A stretch of 63,576 bases of DNA, filler included, from Octopus bimaculoides (GCF_001194135.2; 5 parts of 5 records of this genome joined end to end with filler, not necessarily neighbours in it); one strand, 5' to 3'. Shown: positions 1 through 15,087, counted from the first letter of the whole stretch. The notes: generated from the sequence alone by a model not told the origin. Program-made: numbers and translations.

Positions 1-950
1 TATATATATATATATATATATGAGTGTATGTGTATATATTTTGAAAAAGTACAAGAAACAGCGAATGTCAATCCGCCTCCATTTATGTATAGCGCAGTCC
101 CGCCTAGTTGAATTAGAAAGGCGTTGCCTGCGGGACTCCCTATTTATATTCTCAGAACAACAAAAAAGGAGATTCAGTAGACCTTATATGAAATAACATA
201 CCAAGCCAACACACACACACGCCCCCACCACACATACACATACATGCACACATGCGCGCGCGCATTACTAATTTGTATGCGTACTGTATATATGTATATA
301 TGGGGATCAATTTTATTCATACCTACCTCATTAATAAGCCGACATAACAAAAAACAGTAAATATATAATTCTACGTATCAACAACAAACATAAATAAAAA
401 TAACAAATTACCAATTGATATTTCAATGATGCAGATATATCTGTTATAATTGGAAATTAGTGATAACAAATTGCAAAAGAAAACCAATATGATGGTGTGA
501 AGGGTGAAATCGAAAGTGACAGATGATAGCCAACATATTGTTTTAAATTGGAGTGACTTAGACGTGCACCATTCTAGGGTCGACGAAATATAGCTCGATG
601 AATTACTAGAATCAATATAAGTTTTTTGAAAAATTGGCCATGTGTTTAGGCGGAAGAAATAATTGTAGATACATCAGGGACTTGAACTTTCGTGGACACA
701 ACTGAATATTTAGTAATGTAATAATCAGCTTGATGTCTACAATGCCCCTTTGCTCCTTTCCCCTGCAGAGTCGGAAGAAATTATCAGTTTATATTTGTTA
801 ATGCTTTGTAGGAATGAAAGGTTCGAGAATAAGCAGCATTAGATGCTTTAATGAAATTATATGACTGCTTTTTTTCATTCCGAGTTCGAATCTTATGGTG
901 GTTGACTTTGAGATTTGTTTCCACGTGAAGACAATTATCGTATTTGAAAA

Positions 951-1165
951 GGAGGCGAGCTGGTAGAAATGTTAGCATGCCGTGCGAAATGCTTAGCAGT
1001 ATTTTGTCTGTCTTTACGTTTTGAGTTCAAATTCCGCCGATGTCGTCTTTGCCTTTTATCCTTTCGGGGCCGATAAATTAAGTACCAGTTGCGAACTGGA
1101 GTCGATCTAATCTACTTGCTCCCTCCCCCAAAATTTCGGGCCTTGTGCTTAGAGTAGAAAAGAAT
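951..1165 (+). mobile_element. tRNA-derived SINE family A (GGCGGCGAGCTGGCAGAA...GAGTTCAAATTCC...GTCGATAAA)
   Basis: A-box-like head, B box GAGTTCAAATTCC; more than 15 copies in window. Confidence 0.85.
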
Positions 1166-1966
1166 TATAGTATTTGATAGCATATAAGACACACTTTATT
1201 TAGAAAAAAAAAAATGTCTCAAGAAATCACCACGAGCCCATCTTCAAAGGTGGGTCCATATTAGATGCTTAAATGCACCAAAAACATTTTTATGAATCTG
1301 CACGGCTAAAATTGGGATGCAGTTTGTATGTCGTTTGCTTCGTTTATGCCATCAAATACAGTAGTTCTACATTATTGTACTCGAGTACAGAATAAATTCC
1401 ACACAAGCTCAGTAAAATAGTTACTTCTCAGCCTGCTCCGATGAAAACATTTCTTTATGTCACTCATCGAAAATTAATAGATCAAATTCTATCTAATCGT
1501 GAAATCACTTCAGTCACGCTAATAATTGTGTTGAAATTGGTAAAATGCATCACAAATTTCTATCAAAAATACTTCGATCAAATGACGGAGACATTGTTGC
1601 ACGAAAATGACTCCTTCAGTTAGAGGCATATTTCTACCTGGCGAGTACTTTTGAATGGAAATCGACTTTGCATTTTATCGCTTCGAGGTCGATAAAATAA
1701 ATACCAGTAATATACACACTAACAAAGGAGCTTTAAGGCAATCCTGTGATTTGCTGTTAAATATCCAACGAGTGTTAATTTTTTATCTTTATCTTTTCAC
1801 TTGTTTTGTTCAGTGAAGAACTTTAGTCGAAAAAGTTGAACACCGTACTTGATTTTTAGTCTCATATTTATCTATCGAGCAGTTTTGCCGCCCCGCTAAG
1901 TTACGGATACACAAAGAAACTAATACTGGTTGTAACGCGATATGGGGAAAGAGCATAGGCACAAAG

Positions 1967-2019
<53 letters not shown>

Positions 2020-3099
2020 CATATGACAAGCTTCCACAAGTTTCTGTCTATTAACTCATAAAGCATTGGTTGGCCCAGGGCTACAATAGAAGATATTTGC
2101 CCAAGTTGTCACGCCTTGAGACTGAACCTGTAACCACGTGCTTGCAAAGAAAGCCTCGTAACCACACATTCATGTCCGCGCCCGTTCATCGTAAAAAGAG
2201 TGGATATGTTACATAATATAGTCCTACATACTCTTCAAAAATAGAATGGTCACGGTTGAAATACCTTTCCTGATAGATCTGTTTGATTGAGGTCGATATG
2301 AGTCTAAACACTAAAAACACCCAACGATATAAATGATCGATACAATCGACTGTTCCCATTCACTCTCAAATATCGTTCCTGTCCCTAATCATAAGAAATC
2401 AATAATTAAATGCAATATAATTATTTGATGCTAGGTGCTGTAAATTATAATTAACCTCCTGGTACTTAATTATGATTGCACGTAAAATGGAATTGACTTT
2501 CGTAAGGTCACTTTTGAACGGTATAACCCGCATATCTAATTTTCCGTCAGTAAAAATTTGGTATTTTGTCTGAAACCGTGTTATATTAGTGTGCAATTAT
2601 TGGCATAGTCGTTTGATCGTTGGACAATATACTTAGCGGTATTTGTTTCTGGTTCTATACGTTTTCCATTTCAAATTACATCGTGGCCTACCTTCGCCTT
2701 TCATTCCACCAAGGTCGATGCAATAAATTACCAGTTAAATACTGGAGTCAATAGTATTGAGTAAACCCTCCCCTTAAAATTGCTCGCCTTTTTTCTGTCT
2801 AATTTAGAAGCAATTATTTTCTTTTGTCTGACAGTTTTAGTACAATAGACGAGAATTTATTTATAATTTATGTAATTTGAACCAATTGAATGGCAAATAT
2901 CTACGAGAATAAGTCGTAAATCTTTTAAAGGCAACAGAACCAAACAAATCACATGTCAGTGTTGTCACAGTGTACTACAATTGCTTATATAAGCACTGAT
3001 TTATGATTTAATCAGAGAAGGAAAGACATCACCCTGTACGTTTTTTTGCAGAACCTCAAAAATATGTGAGGAAGATGAAAGGTAGAAACAGCAGTAACG

Positions 3100-3900
3100 T
3101 GTGGCACTTCAAAATAAATATACCACGGCAGATTTTTCAGTTTCTATTCAGAGAATGTTATTCCCTAGGCTTGGACGATCTGAAATCATGCTAGGCGACA
3201 GATTGACAAGTAAGATCGAATTCGGGATGCATGTGGGTAAAAATGTTTTGGATATTGTTAACGTTATGTTACGTTATGCTATGTTCAATAATGTGAATCA
3301 TTGAACCGTAGCTCCGCTAATTTTATAACCAATAAATGTACCCGTTTTCACAAAAAATCCCTCTTTGTTCACACGATAAAAGTGCGTACTACAACAGCCC
3401 CAGTAGTGTTTAAAATACTTTAAGTAAAGCGAACAATTTGTATCTTCATAAAATTCATCGTCAATATCAGAAGAGGGATAATTTTAGCCCACATTAATAA
3501 CCATTGTACGTTTACTGTCGGGAAGGCATGGAAATAGTCCCTTTCTGTATAACACAGAGTAGAAATTGTACCTGATGTTTGTTTTTGCGGCAAACGTTTT
3601 CCACCACTGCTCAGTCCAGGAGGAGCATGCAGGATATTTCTGCTGGAACCAACGACAGACCCGTCCTAGTTTGTTATCAATAGAACATATTCCTACGATC
3701 ATTTCAACGGTAATAGCTACTTTCATACTTTGCGGGTTTTTAACTTCAAATATTGTCATGCGGTGTTTTACTCAAAACTAAAGTTTTCAAACTTTCTTTG
3801 TCAATAGATATGTCTTCTGACTTTTAGAAACTCTTAACAGAATGTTTCATATTTAAGTATCAACTGGTTGGTCTTAATAACTGCTGTTCCAATTTTATAT
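3100..3900 (-). pseudogene. Possible pogo/Tigger-like DDE transposase remnant
   Basis: Fragment QTRTGLSLVPAE...KHQVQFLLCVIQKG resembles DQTGLxLVP...KRQIT; heavily decayed, weak similarity only. Confidence 0.3.
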
Positions 3901-4731
3901 CTTTCAGCATTATAAAGAATGAAGGAAATCATAAAACAACCACTCTTTTTGTCTCATTCACCTTTTTTGTCTCCAATTTACTAATCGCTATTATTCAAAA
4001 CCGGAGATACTGGTATCAAAGCGCAGACTTTTAGGACTATATAATACAGAATATATCCATAAAATGCCACACGTCTTGTAGGCATTATTTCATTCGCCAA
4101 CTATCGATGTACTACATCATCCCATTAGAAAAAGACATTCGTCCTATCAAGAAAATGGTGCTAACCTTAACCTAAACAAGCTTAATGAACTTGCTTCAAC
4201 ACTACTGTATGTTTCTGACTATAATAAATTGATTTATCAAAAATTATTCAGGGCAGTCTTCAGGGACTTATTGTCAAGAACCATCAAAGGTGTTCTTATG
4301 CTAGAAATAGCAGGCAAATCATGTTAAAGACAGTAAAAATGCCTGGAATAATCTTGTCAAAGAAAACTCTTCGAAAAAATAAGTGATTAAAGACTGTAGA
4401 AGAGCAAACTTACAAACGTTGAAATGCAGAAGTTTGAAATGCAGAAATCTGAACATCAGCCTTACTATTCTTATGTGATTCTCTGCAAGAGCTACAAAGA
4501 ATGTCGACTCTTTCTTTGTAGGACAACATTTCGATCCATTCACTCATGTATGCATGCATAGATAAATATGCGTATGTAAGCATATGCATAAGTGGATACT
4601 TGTATTAAGTATCTACTTATATGTCAATTCATTTGCACATATTTTCTCTTCCCTTTTGCGCAGATCTCTAATGCATGTATCTCTGCTTGCACACACATAC
4701 ATACACATGCATACATATGTATATATAAACA

Positions 4732-4771
<40 letters not shown>

Positions 4772-5692
4772 CTTAGACACACACTTAAACAATAATTTAA
4801 TTTTCCCTAAAATTCTGCATTTTCTCTTTTCTATCAGTTGCTTAAAATTGAATATTTATATACATTTGTCTTCCCCGCTTTCCTGAAAGTGTTTTCTGTA
4901 AACGTTATATTAATGTAAGGCGTTTATTTTTATAGACAAGTGACAAAAAAAAAAAAGAAAAGAAAAGAAAAAAGCATACACATACTTACGTATACACAGA
5001 CTACCTACATATTCTCGCATGCTCACAAATACATACACTCATAGCTCATCTACATAACACACAACACAAAATGTTGGAAATTTAATAAATGTTCTAAAGA
5101 AATCTAGTTATTGCACCCTTCATCTAAATTGTTTGCCTGATTTTTCTGTTGAATTTTATCTATCAAGATTCGCTTCTATCTTTATAATTTCTCTTTGCCA
5201 TTTATTGATTATATGTTTCACTGGTAATCACTACTTGATGGGAATGATGCAGCCCGGAGGATGCTGAAGGAAAGTGCATATTTTTATATGTAGTTGTTCC
5301 AAATTGATTGATATTTTATGTTATTATTACATATTGCTTGTTGAAAATGCTTTCTTTCCATTAAGAGAACAATAAATTGAAGCTATTGTTATTGTTGATA
5401 ATTTTCTCATGTTTTCATGCTATTATAGCCGTATGGTTTTTCTTTGAAAACATTGTTATTACTATTAATTTTATGTTTTGTTTTACTGCCCTTTTTTTTT
5501 TCCTCTGGTTCATCATGATGGGAAAAAATATTGTCATTACTGCTGTCGATAGTGATGTTCTTCTTTATGTTGCTCTAGGAATACTTTGTTTATTTCACTT
5601 GTTCATGTTCTTATAGTTGTTAGACTTATGTTCTTTCCATCTTGCGTTTATTTGAAAATCGTTTCATTTAATTTTCATCGACACTCATTAAT

Positions 5693-5751
<59 letters not shown>

Positions 5752-6299
5752 ATAATAATATTAACAATAATAACAATACTAAAACTAGTAAGTTATTGTT
5801 ATTATTATTAGCATTATTATTATATCGATATTATCTTTAATACAAATAATGTTACTAATGGCTCCTAATGTGAACATAAAGGTACAGATTTGGTGACTGC
5901 GAAAGATCAGTTAAATCGATACCAATATTGTAATGACAATTTTTTTATCGACTAGGGAAGACCGACAATTAAAATAAAGGCATGACAAAGTACTGCAAAC
6001 TATTTTACTCAGCAATCCATTTATTCTGATCTTCAGCACTCTTCATAGAGTATAAGAAATTTTGCAGATCTTTCCTGTACGTGATATTCAATATTTAGGG
6101 ATGATTTTAGAACTCAAAATCCACACACAAAGATGATGGTGGAGATTTTCGTCATACAGTCTGCATTTCGGAACCATACGTCTCATAGCACTGCTGCTCT
6201 TGTAGAACTTGCGCGTAGACTGTAATGTACTCCAAAACACAGTCAAAACAAGGATCGTTGGAAATTATACACAGTATCCGAATTGGTAATCCTCCGAGA

Positions 6300-8900
6300 A
6301 TGTCTGTTCATCACCAGTTAATACATTGAGTATTTCCATGTCTTATATCCTTTCCATGTTTATGTTTTCTCATCAACGTTTAGGGTATTTCATGTGTTAT
6401 ATCTCCCACCAATTATAGATAAAATATACAAGACGACTTTTCAGGAGTTGAGTTGATGGTTATGAACTATTAGTATTACATGAAGGGCCAGGATGTCAAT
6501 CTGTATCACATCATGAGTCCAGTTAAACAGATGAGCTGTGGGAATGCGTAATCCAACCAAACTTGTTCAGCATCTATGAATTTCTATACAGATCGTGTTG
6601 TAAGAGATGACAAGGCATTGAATCGATGGACCTTTTCCATTATATAATAATGAGCGCTAAAAACCTTGTAATTTAATCAAATATAGCTGGAACAGGCAAC
6701 TAATGCAGTTATTACCCGTCAATGTAACGAATATAAATATTATTTATCAATGAAAGGAATGTAAGTATGCCCTATCTTTTTCCGTGGATTTATGGGAACA
6801 TAGCTTCCTTTCAGCCCATTACCGAGTGACATTGGCCAATCTGGTTGTCATCTCTTATTTTATCAGCCTTTAATCAGCTCTTAGCTCTAGTAACAAATGT
6901 TCGACACAGTCATGGTTTTGCAAATTTCTAGGTATAAACCCACGAAATGCTCCTGCTAAATTTGAGCTCTCATTATCACATCATATTCTGGAAACGAGAC
7001 ACAGATCACCTTGATTTTCAAGATGTCAGGTACCATGTCAATTACGTTGTCAATGGATTCAGTCACCACCCTTTCGTATTCCAGTTCCAGTACGATGTCC
7101 CGCTGCATATTCAAATTTCGTAGTGAGGTCGCAAGAGCAAAAGCAATCACCAGCAAAAGTGGTTTAGCGTGAGGCTTATAATGCCAAGCATTCTTTTTAT
7201 GCAACTATTTACCCTGAATACTGCGTATCCACCGATCAAGCCTTTGAATCCTTTAAGAATGAGGCTGCGATCAGATCAACCTATCAGGTAGAAAGTGATC
7301 AACATTCAAACAAATATATCTTACACACATCTCTGTCAGAAATTCAAAAGAAGAGCTGGGTGTTATTCTGTATTTATCTTCCTGAAATAGTACAAGTTTA
7401 TGCGTCTGAAGGACACCCAAAAGGAGACACGCAAACTTCTTAGCTAGTAGCGCCGTGGAAATCCTAAGGTCAGCATTTAAAGACCCACAATTATTCATTA
7501 TATCCTTATTATCTACGTCTCCTTCCTTCGAAGATGCAAATTCTCTCTGTTTTTGGTTGTTGCCGGGAATGCTATATATGAACTAAGACAGGGGCGATAG
7601 AATTTGGCGTATTCAAATATAGTTCGTAATCAGAACACTTCATATCCGCATATCAACCACTCCAGCAACCGTCCAGCCAATCTTGAATGTCAGCTACTTT
7701 TATTGCTTTTTGACACTATTTATAATATTCCTGCTGAGAATTATCGTGAACTATATCTTTCCACCTTTTCAATTTCATTTCTTTCTGCAAAAACATTTTG
7801 GTAATGGCCTGCTATAACTTCCATTGCAGTGCTTTAAAGACTGAATGATGTCTGTACTTCTATGCTGCACCTCTGTTACCCACCCGGCCTGATCAAATGT
7901 ACTGTAGTATTTTAAAATACCTGACATGCTACGAACAACGTTAACTTTATGTTTAACGTCAGCACTTTTAGACATGATGTATTTTTTAGAAGCCTCTGCA
8001 AGTCTCTCTTCCATATTAGTCAAACTAGCATTTTATGGCATTTATACTTTCTGAAATCTAAGACTTTCCTGTACATTTCAACTTTAAATTTAATTAATTT
8101 GTACTGATGTCTTGATTAACTAGGTCACTAATCAGTATATAGCCGGCTTTATCTGTCAGAAAACATTTAGTTATTATTGCTCATATCCCTACTTGAAATA
8201 CTAACTAGAAGGAGCATACGGGTAATTAAATTGTTAAAGATATGTTTAAATCCCTGTAAATACGAACGAACCACATTTATATTCGTTTCAATCAACAGAA
8301 ATCCATTAAATAACAAGACAGTTGGACTATCTAATGAAGTAGCAAACTGATATCTAGTGAATACAGCTACTAATATTTACTAATACCACACACACCAAAT
8401 GCTTATTAACACTAATAAATAGTGCATTCCAAGGAACAAGGCAAGAAAAAAAGGATATACAACAAGATAGGAGCACACTAAAGTAGAACAACATGGTAAG
8501 CATATGTAACTGAAATTAAAGGATCTCCGATACTAGAAATACTTGCTAGATTCGAAAGAATTCGTTGTTATAAAGAATAGAATGAAACAGCAAAAGCGCG
8601 AAAAGTATCTCATGCAACTATATATGAGCAACAAGAAGGATGTTCCAAAGTTCACAACACTTCTTGAAATGTTTAACAGATACTGAAAGATGAAATAACG
8701 AATATTTCACCTAAGAAAAAAATATAATTATTTAATCCCAAAGGAAAGAAAGAGCAAAACGTTATAATGGAGAGCAATAATCTTCTCTGTGTGCAGAAGT
8801 CAACGTATGATGGGACAAAGCATCTTAGAAAGGATGCCGCAAATAATCAAGGCCTTAACTAATGAACAAAAGAAATAAAGTGCTTCAACGTTTCTTGGAT
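6300..8900 (-). pseudogene. Ancient RTE-like LINE reverse transcriptase remnant
   Basis: Ordered fragments across frames: ADL...FGCPSD...LFQEDK...TFAGD (for LFADD)...EMTTRLAN...KVVLY. Three track ORFs (6956-8023) share one frame. Region lacks SINEs and microsatellites. Upstream boundary uncertain. Confidence 0.5.
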
Positions 8901-10084
8901 TTAATATCATTTACTACCATAAGCTTCTTAACGATGTTCATAATCCGTACATCGTAAAAAATACTATCTATGAATAATTCTGGAATACCAAACATATAAC
9001 AAATAAATAGTAAAACGTTCGGCAATAGAAGTAGATTGGGGGAATTATAAAAACGAATTCAATCTTATTAGAAGATAAATATTCCAAAGAGATGCGAGAC
9101 TTGATCATTCCGTTACATTTTGTTGGGCGTTATCACACTTAAATTGCATGTTATATTAAATTCGACTCGGGTAATAATTCTATAGGAGGACAATCAACTG
9201 AATTTTGTACATAGTTGCACTCACATTGTAAGACGTCAATGAAAACCGAAAATACTATTACATATGGTACACATACTTGATGGAGAAATTGGCTTAGGAT
9301 ACCTGTACGAAAAAATGCACCATTGGGAAGAGGGAACTTAATAAAGTCAGAATAATAATAGAATTTTAATAATATTTTAAAGAACTATGACGTAAATGTC
9401 TTTTAAACATTTTCATGAACCAATAAAAGTTGTGGGAATTCAGATCAATGTCTTCTTACCATGTGACACCAAATGAATTTTCGATTCTTAATGTGTAAAA
9501 AGAAATTTCATAATATGAAAACTGCAGTTTATTAAACCGTAATTTTTTTTTTGATACTGCATCAGAAGTAAAGCTTTTCCCGAAACCAACCAGTACAGAC
9601 AAAATATGCTCTCAAAAACCATATGCACTATCTTCCTTTGTTCTAAAGGGATTAAATACAGTATAGAACATGCTATGATCTATAGTTTGATAAATATATT
9701 TTGCAGATATAATATCTAAAACAAAGCAAATATTTAAAAAATTAAAAAAAGATAACAAACTACCTGAAAAACTCCCAACAAAATCCCATGAACGATCGAA
9801 GTCCTTGAAAGAAGATATATTAAGGATATGTGAAAAGAAGCAAATCAATTAAATTTATGATAGATATCACAGATAATTCTGTATATGCCCTGCAGTCAGA
9901 GCTAATCAAATGGGTAATATATCGATTTAACAACCAACTCACGAGTTACACACAAGAATGCACCCTTAAATTGCCGTTTCAAATCGCAAATACAAGTACA
10001 TTTAACCAGGAAGTTAAATCATCGAAAAGGAAAAAAAAAAAAAGAAGGGGTAGGACAGCACAGCAGTAGTGGCGCATGACGTAC

Positions 10085-10493
10085 AACTTGTTGGAGTCCT
10101 AGCACTACTACTACTACTACTACTACTATGAACACTGTCACCCAACCCCCAAAACTACCACCACCACCACCACCACCACCACCAACCACCACAACTGTTA
10201 CCAACACTGCCCTCCCACCGTCAAAAAATTCTACTACTACCACCACCACCACTACCACCACAACCATTACGAACACTGCCACCCAACGCCCAAAACTACC
10301 ACTTCCACCACCAGCACCACCACAACTATTAACAACACTGCTACCCCACTAAACTACCACCCTACTACCATCACCACTACCACCACTACAACCATTAGGA
10401 ACACTACCACCCAACACCCAAAACCCAAAACTACCACCACCACAACTACTACCACCACAACTATTACCAACACTGCCATCCTACCGTCCATAA

Positions 10494-10572
<79 letters not shown>
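10085..10572 (+). repeat. ACC/ACT-rich degenerate minisatellite (~130-140 bp period) ending in (ACT)n
   Basis: GAACACT.CCACCCAAC.CCCAAAACTACCAC recurs at about 10129, 10270 and 10399. Confidence 0.75.
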
Positions 10573-10922
10573 GCTGCAGAAGTGGATGATGATACTATTC
10601 GTAAAAGAAACGAATACTAACAAAATAAATCTACTTTCTAAAAGGAAATATATAGGAAATCAATTTGTCACTTTTAATCAGTTTGTAGCATTATTTCCAG
10701 AAAGTTCACATTCACACAAGTTGCGCAATAGACGCCTTCTAGTTAAGAAAATATGTGAATAGAGGCATAAACACTATTGTTTTCCAATTATGTTTTCCAG
10801 GCAAAGCAAGGAAAAAAGCCTAGTATATTTGATTTTAAAAAGCTACGATATGATAAAATCATAAAAAAGCATTCGATAGCAAGCAGTATATATTTATATA
10901 CACACATACATACATACATACA

Positions 10923-10960
<38 letters not shown>

Positions 10961-11005
10961 NNNNNNNNNNNNNNNNNNNNNNNNNNNNNNNNNNNNNNNN
11001 NNNNN

Positions 11006-11064
<59 letters not shown>

Positions 11065-11089
11065 CATATATGTATATAAGTATCTCTCT

Positions 11090-11134
<45 letters not shown>

Positions 11135-12684
11135 GAGGTACATACATATAGTTATGTGTTCATATGCATGTATATACATACAGATTGCATATAAGCTCTT
11201 ACATTTTAGTTATACATCCACACATATTTACGTATATATACATGTATGTATGTATATATGTATATATTATGTATGTACGTATGTATGTATGTATGTATGC
11301 TTATGTGTATGCGCGCAAGTATGAATACATACAAATATCTATATATATATCTATANNNNNNNNNNNNNNNNNNNNNNNNNNNNNNNNNNNNNNNNNNNNN
11401 NNNNNNNNNNNNNNNNNNNNNNNNNNNNNNNNNNNNNNNNNNNNNNNNNNNNNNNNNNNNNNNNNNNNNNNNNNNNNNNNNNNNNNNNNNNNNNNNNNNN
11501 NNNNNNNNNNNNNNNNNNNNNNNNNNNNNNNNNNNNNNNNNNNNNNNNNNNNNNNNNNNNNNNNNNNNNNNNNNNNNNNNNNNNNNNNNNNNNNNNNNNN
11601 NNNNNNNATATATAGTAACAAATAAGTATTAGCCTTATTCAATTACTGACGAATAATCTGATTCCCCGAAACACTTGACAACATTCCCCACAACTTTCTA
11701 CATTGAGTATGATATATCGGCTGGAATTTCACAGATTTTAGTTTAAAATAACTGGATTATTTTTATCAAATTTGGTAAATTAGAAACAGTGAATTATACT
11801 GATCTGATAAATGTAAGGGATAATAAAGAATACTAAAGCAATGAAACAAAAGAAAATGTAATAATACATTAACAAAATAATTTATTTTTTGTTTTTGTAT
11901 AAAGTTTAAACAGATTTAACGAAGGAAATTTCGGCATTAAACAACACAAAATGAAGAGAAAAAATTACAAGGAGAGGGGAGGAGAGATAACGAAAGAGAG
12001 AAGAAGAAGAAGAGCAGAGAAAGAGAGAGTTAGAAAGAAGAAAAGAGAGGAATGATGACAGAGGCAGAGAAAGAGTGAGAAAGAGCGAGAGAGAGAGATA
12101 ATAAAAACGAAGAAAAAGATCAGACGCAATAACCGAACAATAACTAAATATCAACGAAGCGGTTTTATTTAATTGTCTCTCTCTCTCTATACACTTGTAG
12201 TGATTATCATTAATTTAATTTAATTTAAGTGTAAGATCTCTTTTTAACCTACTCACAACGACTCTTGTTAAATGAGTGGTTCTTTATTTACATTATTCAT
12301 TGGAGTTCGATAATGAACATTATAAATAAAGACCAACTTTACACAAATTTTTTAGTAAATAATTATTTGAATTATTGACTACTTCTTTATATTTTTATTT
12401 GTTTATTCGTTCCTACGAGCATCATTCTCTTTCTTTCTATATATGATTCACTTTCTTTCTATATATCATTCTCTTTCTTTCTATATATCATTCTCTAAAA
12501 CCTATTTCTATCATCTCCGCATTAAGCACACACGACTCTTTTAAATTTATTGGTTTTTATTCATGTATCAGTCATTAAATCAGGTGGAACGATCTTTGGT
12601 TTCTTAGTGCAATCAGAGAGATTAATTTCGTTACGGCTTTTGCCTCCATCTTAAAAAAAACAACAATAAACGCACACATTCTCA

Positions 12685-12718
<34 letters not shown>

Positions 12719-13007
12719 CATACACACATACATACATACATATATATATATATATNNNNNNNNNNNNNNNNNNNNNNNNNNNNNNNNNNNNNNNNNNNNN
12801 NNNNNNNNNNNNNNNNNNNNNNNNNNNNNNNNNNNNNNNNNNNNNNNNNNNNNNNNNNNNNNNNNNNNNNNNNNNNNNNNNNNNNNNNNNNNNNNNNNNN
12901 NNNNNNNNNNNNNNNNNNNNNNNNNNNNNNNNNNNNNNNNNNNNNNNNNNNNNNNNNNNNNNNNNNNNNNNNNNNNNNNNNNNNNNNNNNNNNNNNNNNN
13001 NNNNNNN

Positions 13008-13042
<35 letters not shown>

Positions 13043-13434
13043 CATTCGTACGAACTCACGTGAGAAACACTTCATAACCATCCTACCTTCCAAATTTCAT
13101 TCAAACTATGACAGTGTATCGACTTTATTTATTTGAACTAATGTACTCCAAGATACACTTTGAATAAGAGATAGTAATGGCTGACCTGGAGTTAGATAGC
13201 CACATTAGCAGAATAGGGACGGATGAACTCTCGCAAAGAAAAACAAAATAGGAATGGGTATGGGTGAGAAAGTGAACGAGAGAAAGAGAAGGAAGAGAAG
13301 AGAGACGCAGAAAAAAAAGAGAGAAAGGAAAAAGAAATAAAGCATAAAATAAAAGTTAATTTGTTCCTTCTGTGGCTGGAATATTCCAATGGTGTTACAA
13401 CTCGTTAACGTAAAATAAAAAAAATTATCAAGTA

Positions 13435-13560
13435 CAGGGTGTCCACAAAGTCTGGGTACATGGAGTAAATAAAATCATGACATAAACAATTAAATATAAG
13501 AAATAATAATTTCTTAAAGTATGTGTTAGTCCCATGTAATCAGACTTTCTGGACACCCTG
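13435..13560. mobile_element. Tc1/mariner-type MITE (126 bp)
   Basis: TIR CAGGGTGTCCA(C/G)AAAGTCTG, 19/20 match; TA duplication at 13433-13434 and 13561-13562. Confidence 0.85.
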
Positions 13561-14499
13561 TAGAGTGCTTGCATGTGCTGCCCAATTTGCGCGAGATCAC
13601 AGCTAAACCTCACTCTTTCATATGAGCAAGATGTATGGCATAAATTGTAGTTCTACATAGTCCCAAAAGAGACAGGATGGTCAAGATTGGAATGCTTTTG
13701 ATCATAAGTCTACTTGATCAGTGTTGAACTGAGATTAAACAATACAACAACAAATCCACTAGCTGTCTGATGTTCTAAACAATTTTTATGTTCCAATGTA
13801 AGGTTCCTGGACGAAGTTACGAGTTTGAACTAAGGCGACACTGAATTGGTTGTAAGCCAAATAAGCGGTAACGAATTTCTTGGAAGGTTTACTCTTTCAT
13901 AGATATTTCGTCAGAGCAGCAAAATGGACGGCAGTTAATCAAAACTTTTAGCATTCTAAAAGTTTAGAATTGAATAGATTCGATCGGTTCTCTTGAATAA
14001 AAATGCTGGCCCGCCTATCAATTATTGACCTTTGGCAAACTAACAAGCAGCAAAATGATCATCCCACTTACTGCAACATTACTTGCCACTACTATCAACA
14101 CAAAGACTATCAAGAAAACAAAGCCACTACCATCAACTACACCAAATAAAAATACTTTACAATGTTCGACTATTTACAGCAGCACTAATAATATTTCAAT
14201 ACAACAACAAAACCACTATCGACCATAAAAGTGTTTTCTTTTAATCAGATACAAATGCGCTATATTTTAATTTACTATGGCAACTGAGGATTCTTTGACA
14301 TTCATGCCGTTCTCAAGGGCAATAATTATATCAAACAACAACTGAAAATGTGCCGCTTGAAGGAAGCATTTATTTTGCTTTAGGTTTAATCGGTACATAA
14401 TCAGCCAAAACATTAGTCTAAAGAATTGACATTAGTATATACCTGGTACAGAAATGAACAATACAGAAATGATAAACTGTATAGATACTTAGATGAGTT

Positions 14500-14736
14500 T
14501 CGGCCAGAATTGTCCCAGGCTATGTTTAACTTGATGTTAAACAACCATGTTTCCAAAGGTGAATTATTCAAACCCCAAATAATTCCTCTCAACACATGGC
14601 TATGATGCTCCCCCGCTACTTCTGCTCATGATCAGGGATGCGCATATCGTCAGCGACCAAGGGACATGCTCAAATGGTTAAGGCCAAACAACTGATAAGC
14701 AAGCCTGTGGTAATGAGCAAAATATTTGCTGTAGCC

Positions 14737-14740
<4 letters not shown>
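14500..14740 (-). repeat. Dispersed repeat, second copy at ~45980-46100 (plus)
   Basis: Shared CTTGCTT(A/G)TCAGTTG...GAG(C/T)ATGTCCCTT(G/A)GT...ATGAGCAG(A/G)AGTAG. Confidence 0.65.
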
Positions 14741-14770
<30 letters not shown>

Positions 14771-14789
14771 GTTGTTGTTGTTGTTGTTG

Positions 14790-14839
<50 letters not shown>

Positions 14840-15047
14840 TAGTTTTATTTTTATAACGTGCTTTCACTTCACTACCGAGCGCAGCTCTGTGCGCCTTGGG
14901 TATGTGCTGTGGTTTGCTGTGGTGCTCTTATGTTTACTGTATTGAAANNNNNNNNNNNNNNNNNNNNNNNNNNNNNNNNNNNNNNNNNNNNTTAATTAAT
15001 TAANNNNNNNNNNNNNNNNNNNNNNNNNNNNNNNNNNNNNNNNNNNN

Positions 15048-15087
<40 letters not shown>

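Noticed and set aside
10019-10623. Pro/Thr-rich and Val/Gly-rich ORFs
   Set aside because: Translation of an ACC/ACT minisatellite.
11646-11680. CTGACGA...CGAAAC hammerhead-like spacing
   Set aside because: Stem II is weak, there is no GUH triplet and no stem I pairing; at best an unrecognisable relic.
14992-15003. TTAATTAATTAA embedded in N runs (also 36426-36437, 43497-43508, 54561-54572)
   Set aside because: Each sits in the middle of a 100-bp N block (44 N on the sides counted): an all-frame-stop placeholder for unsized assembly gaps, not biology.
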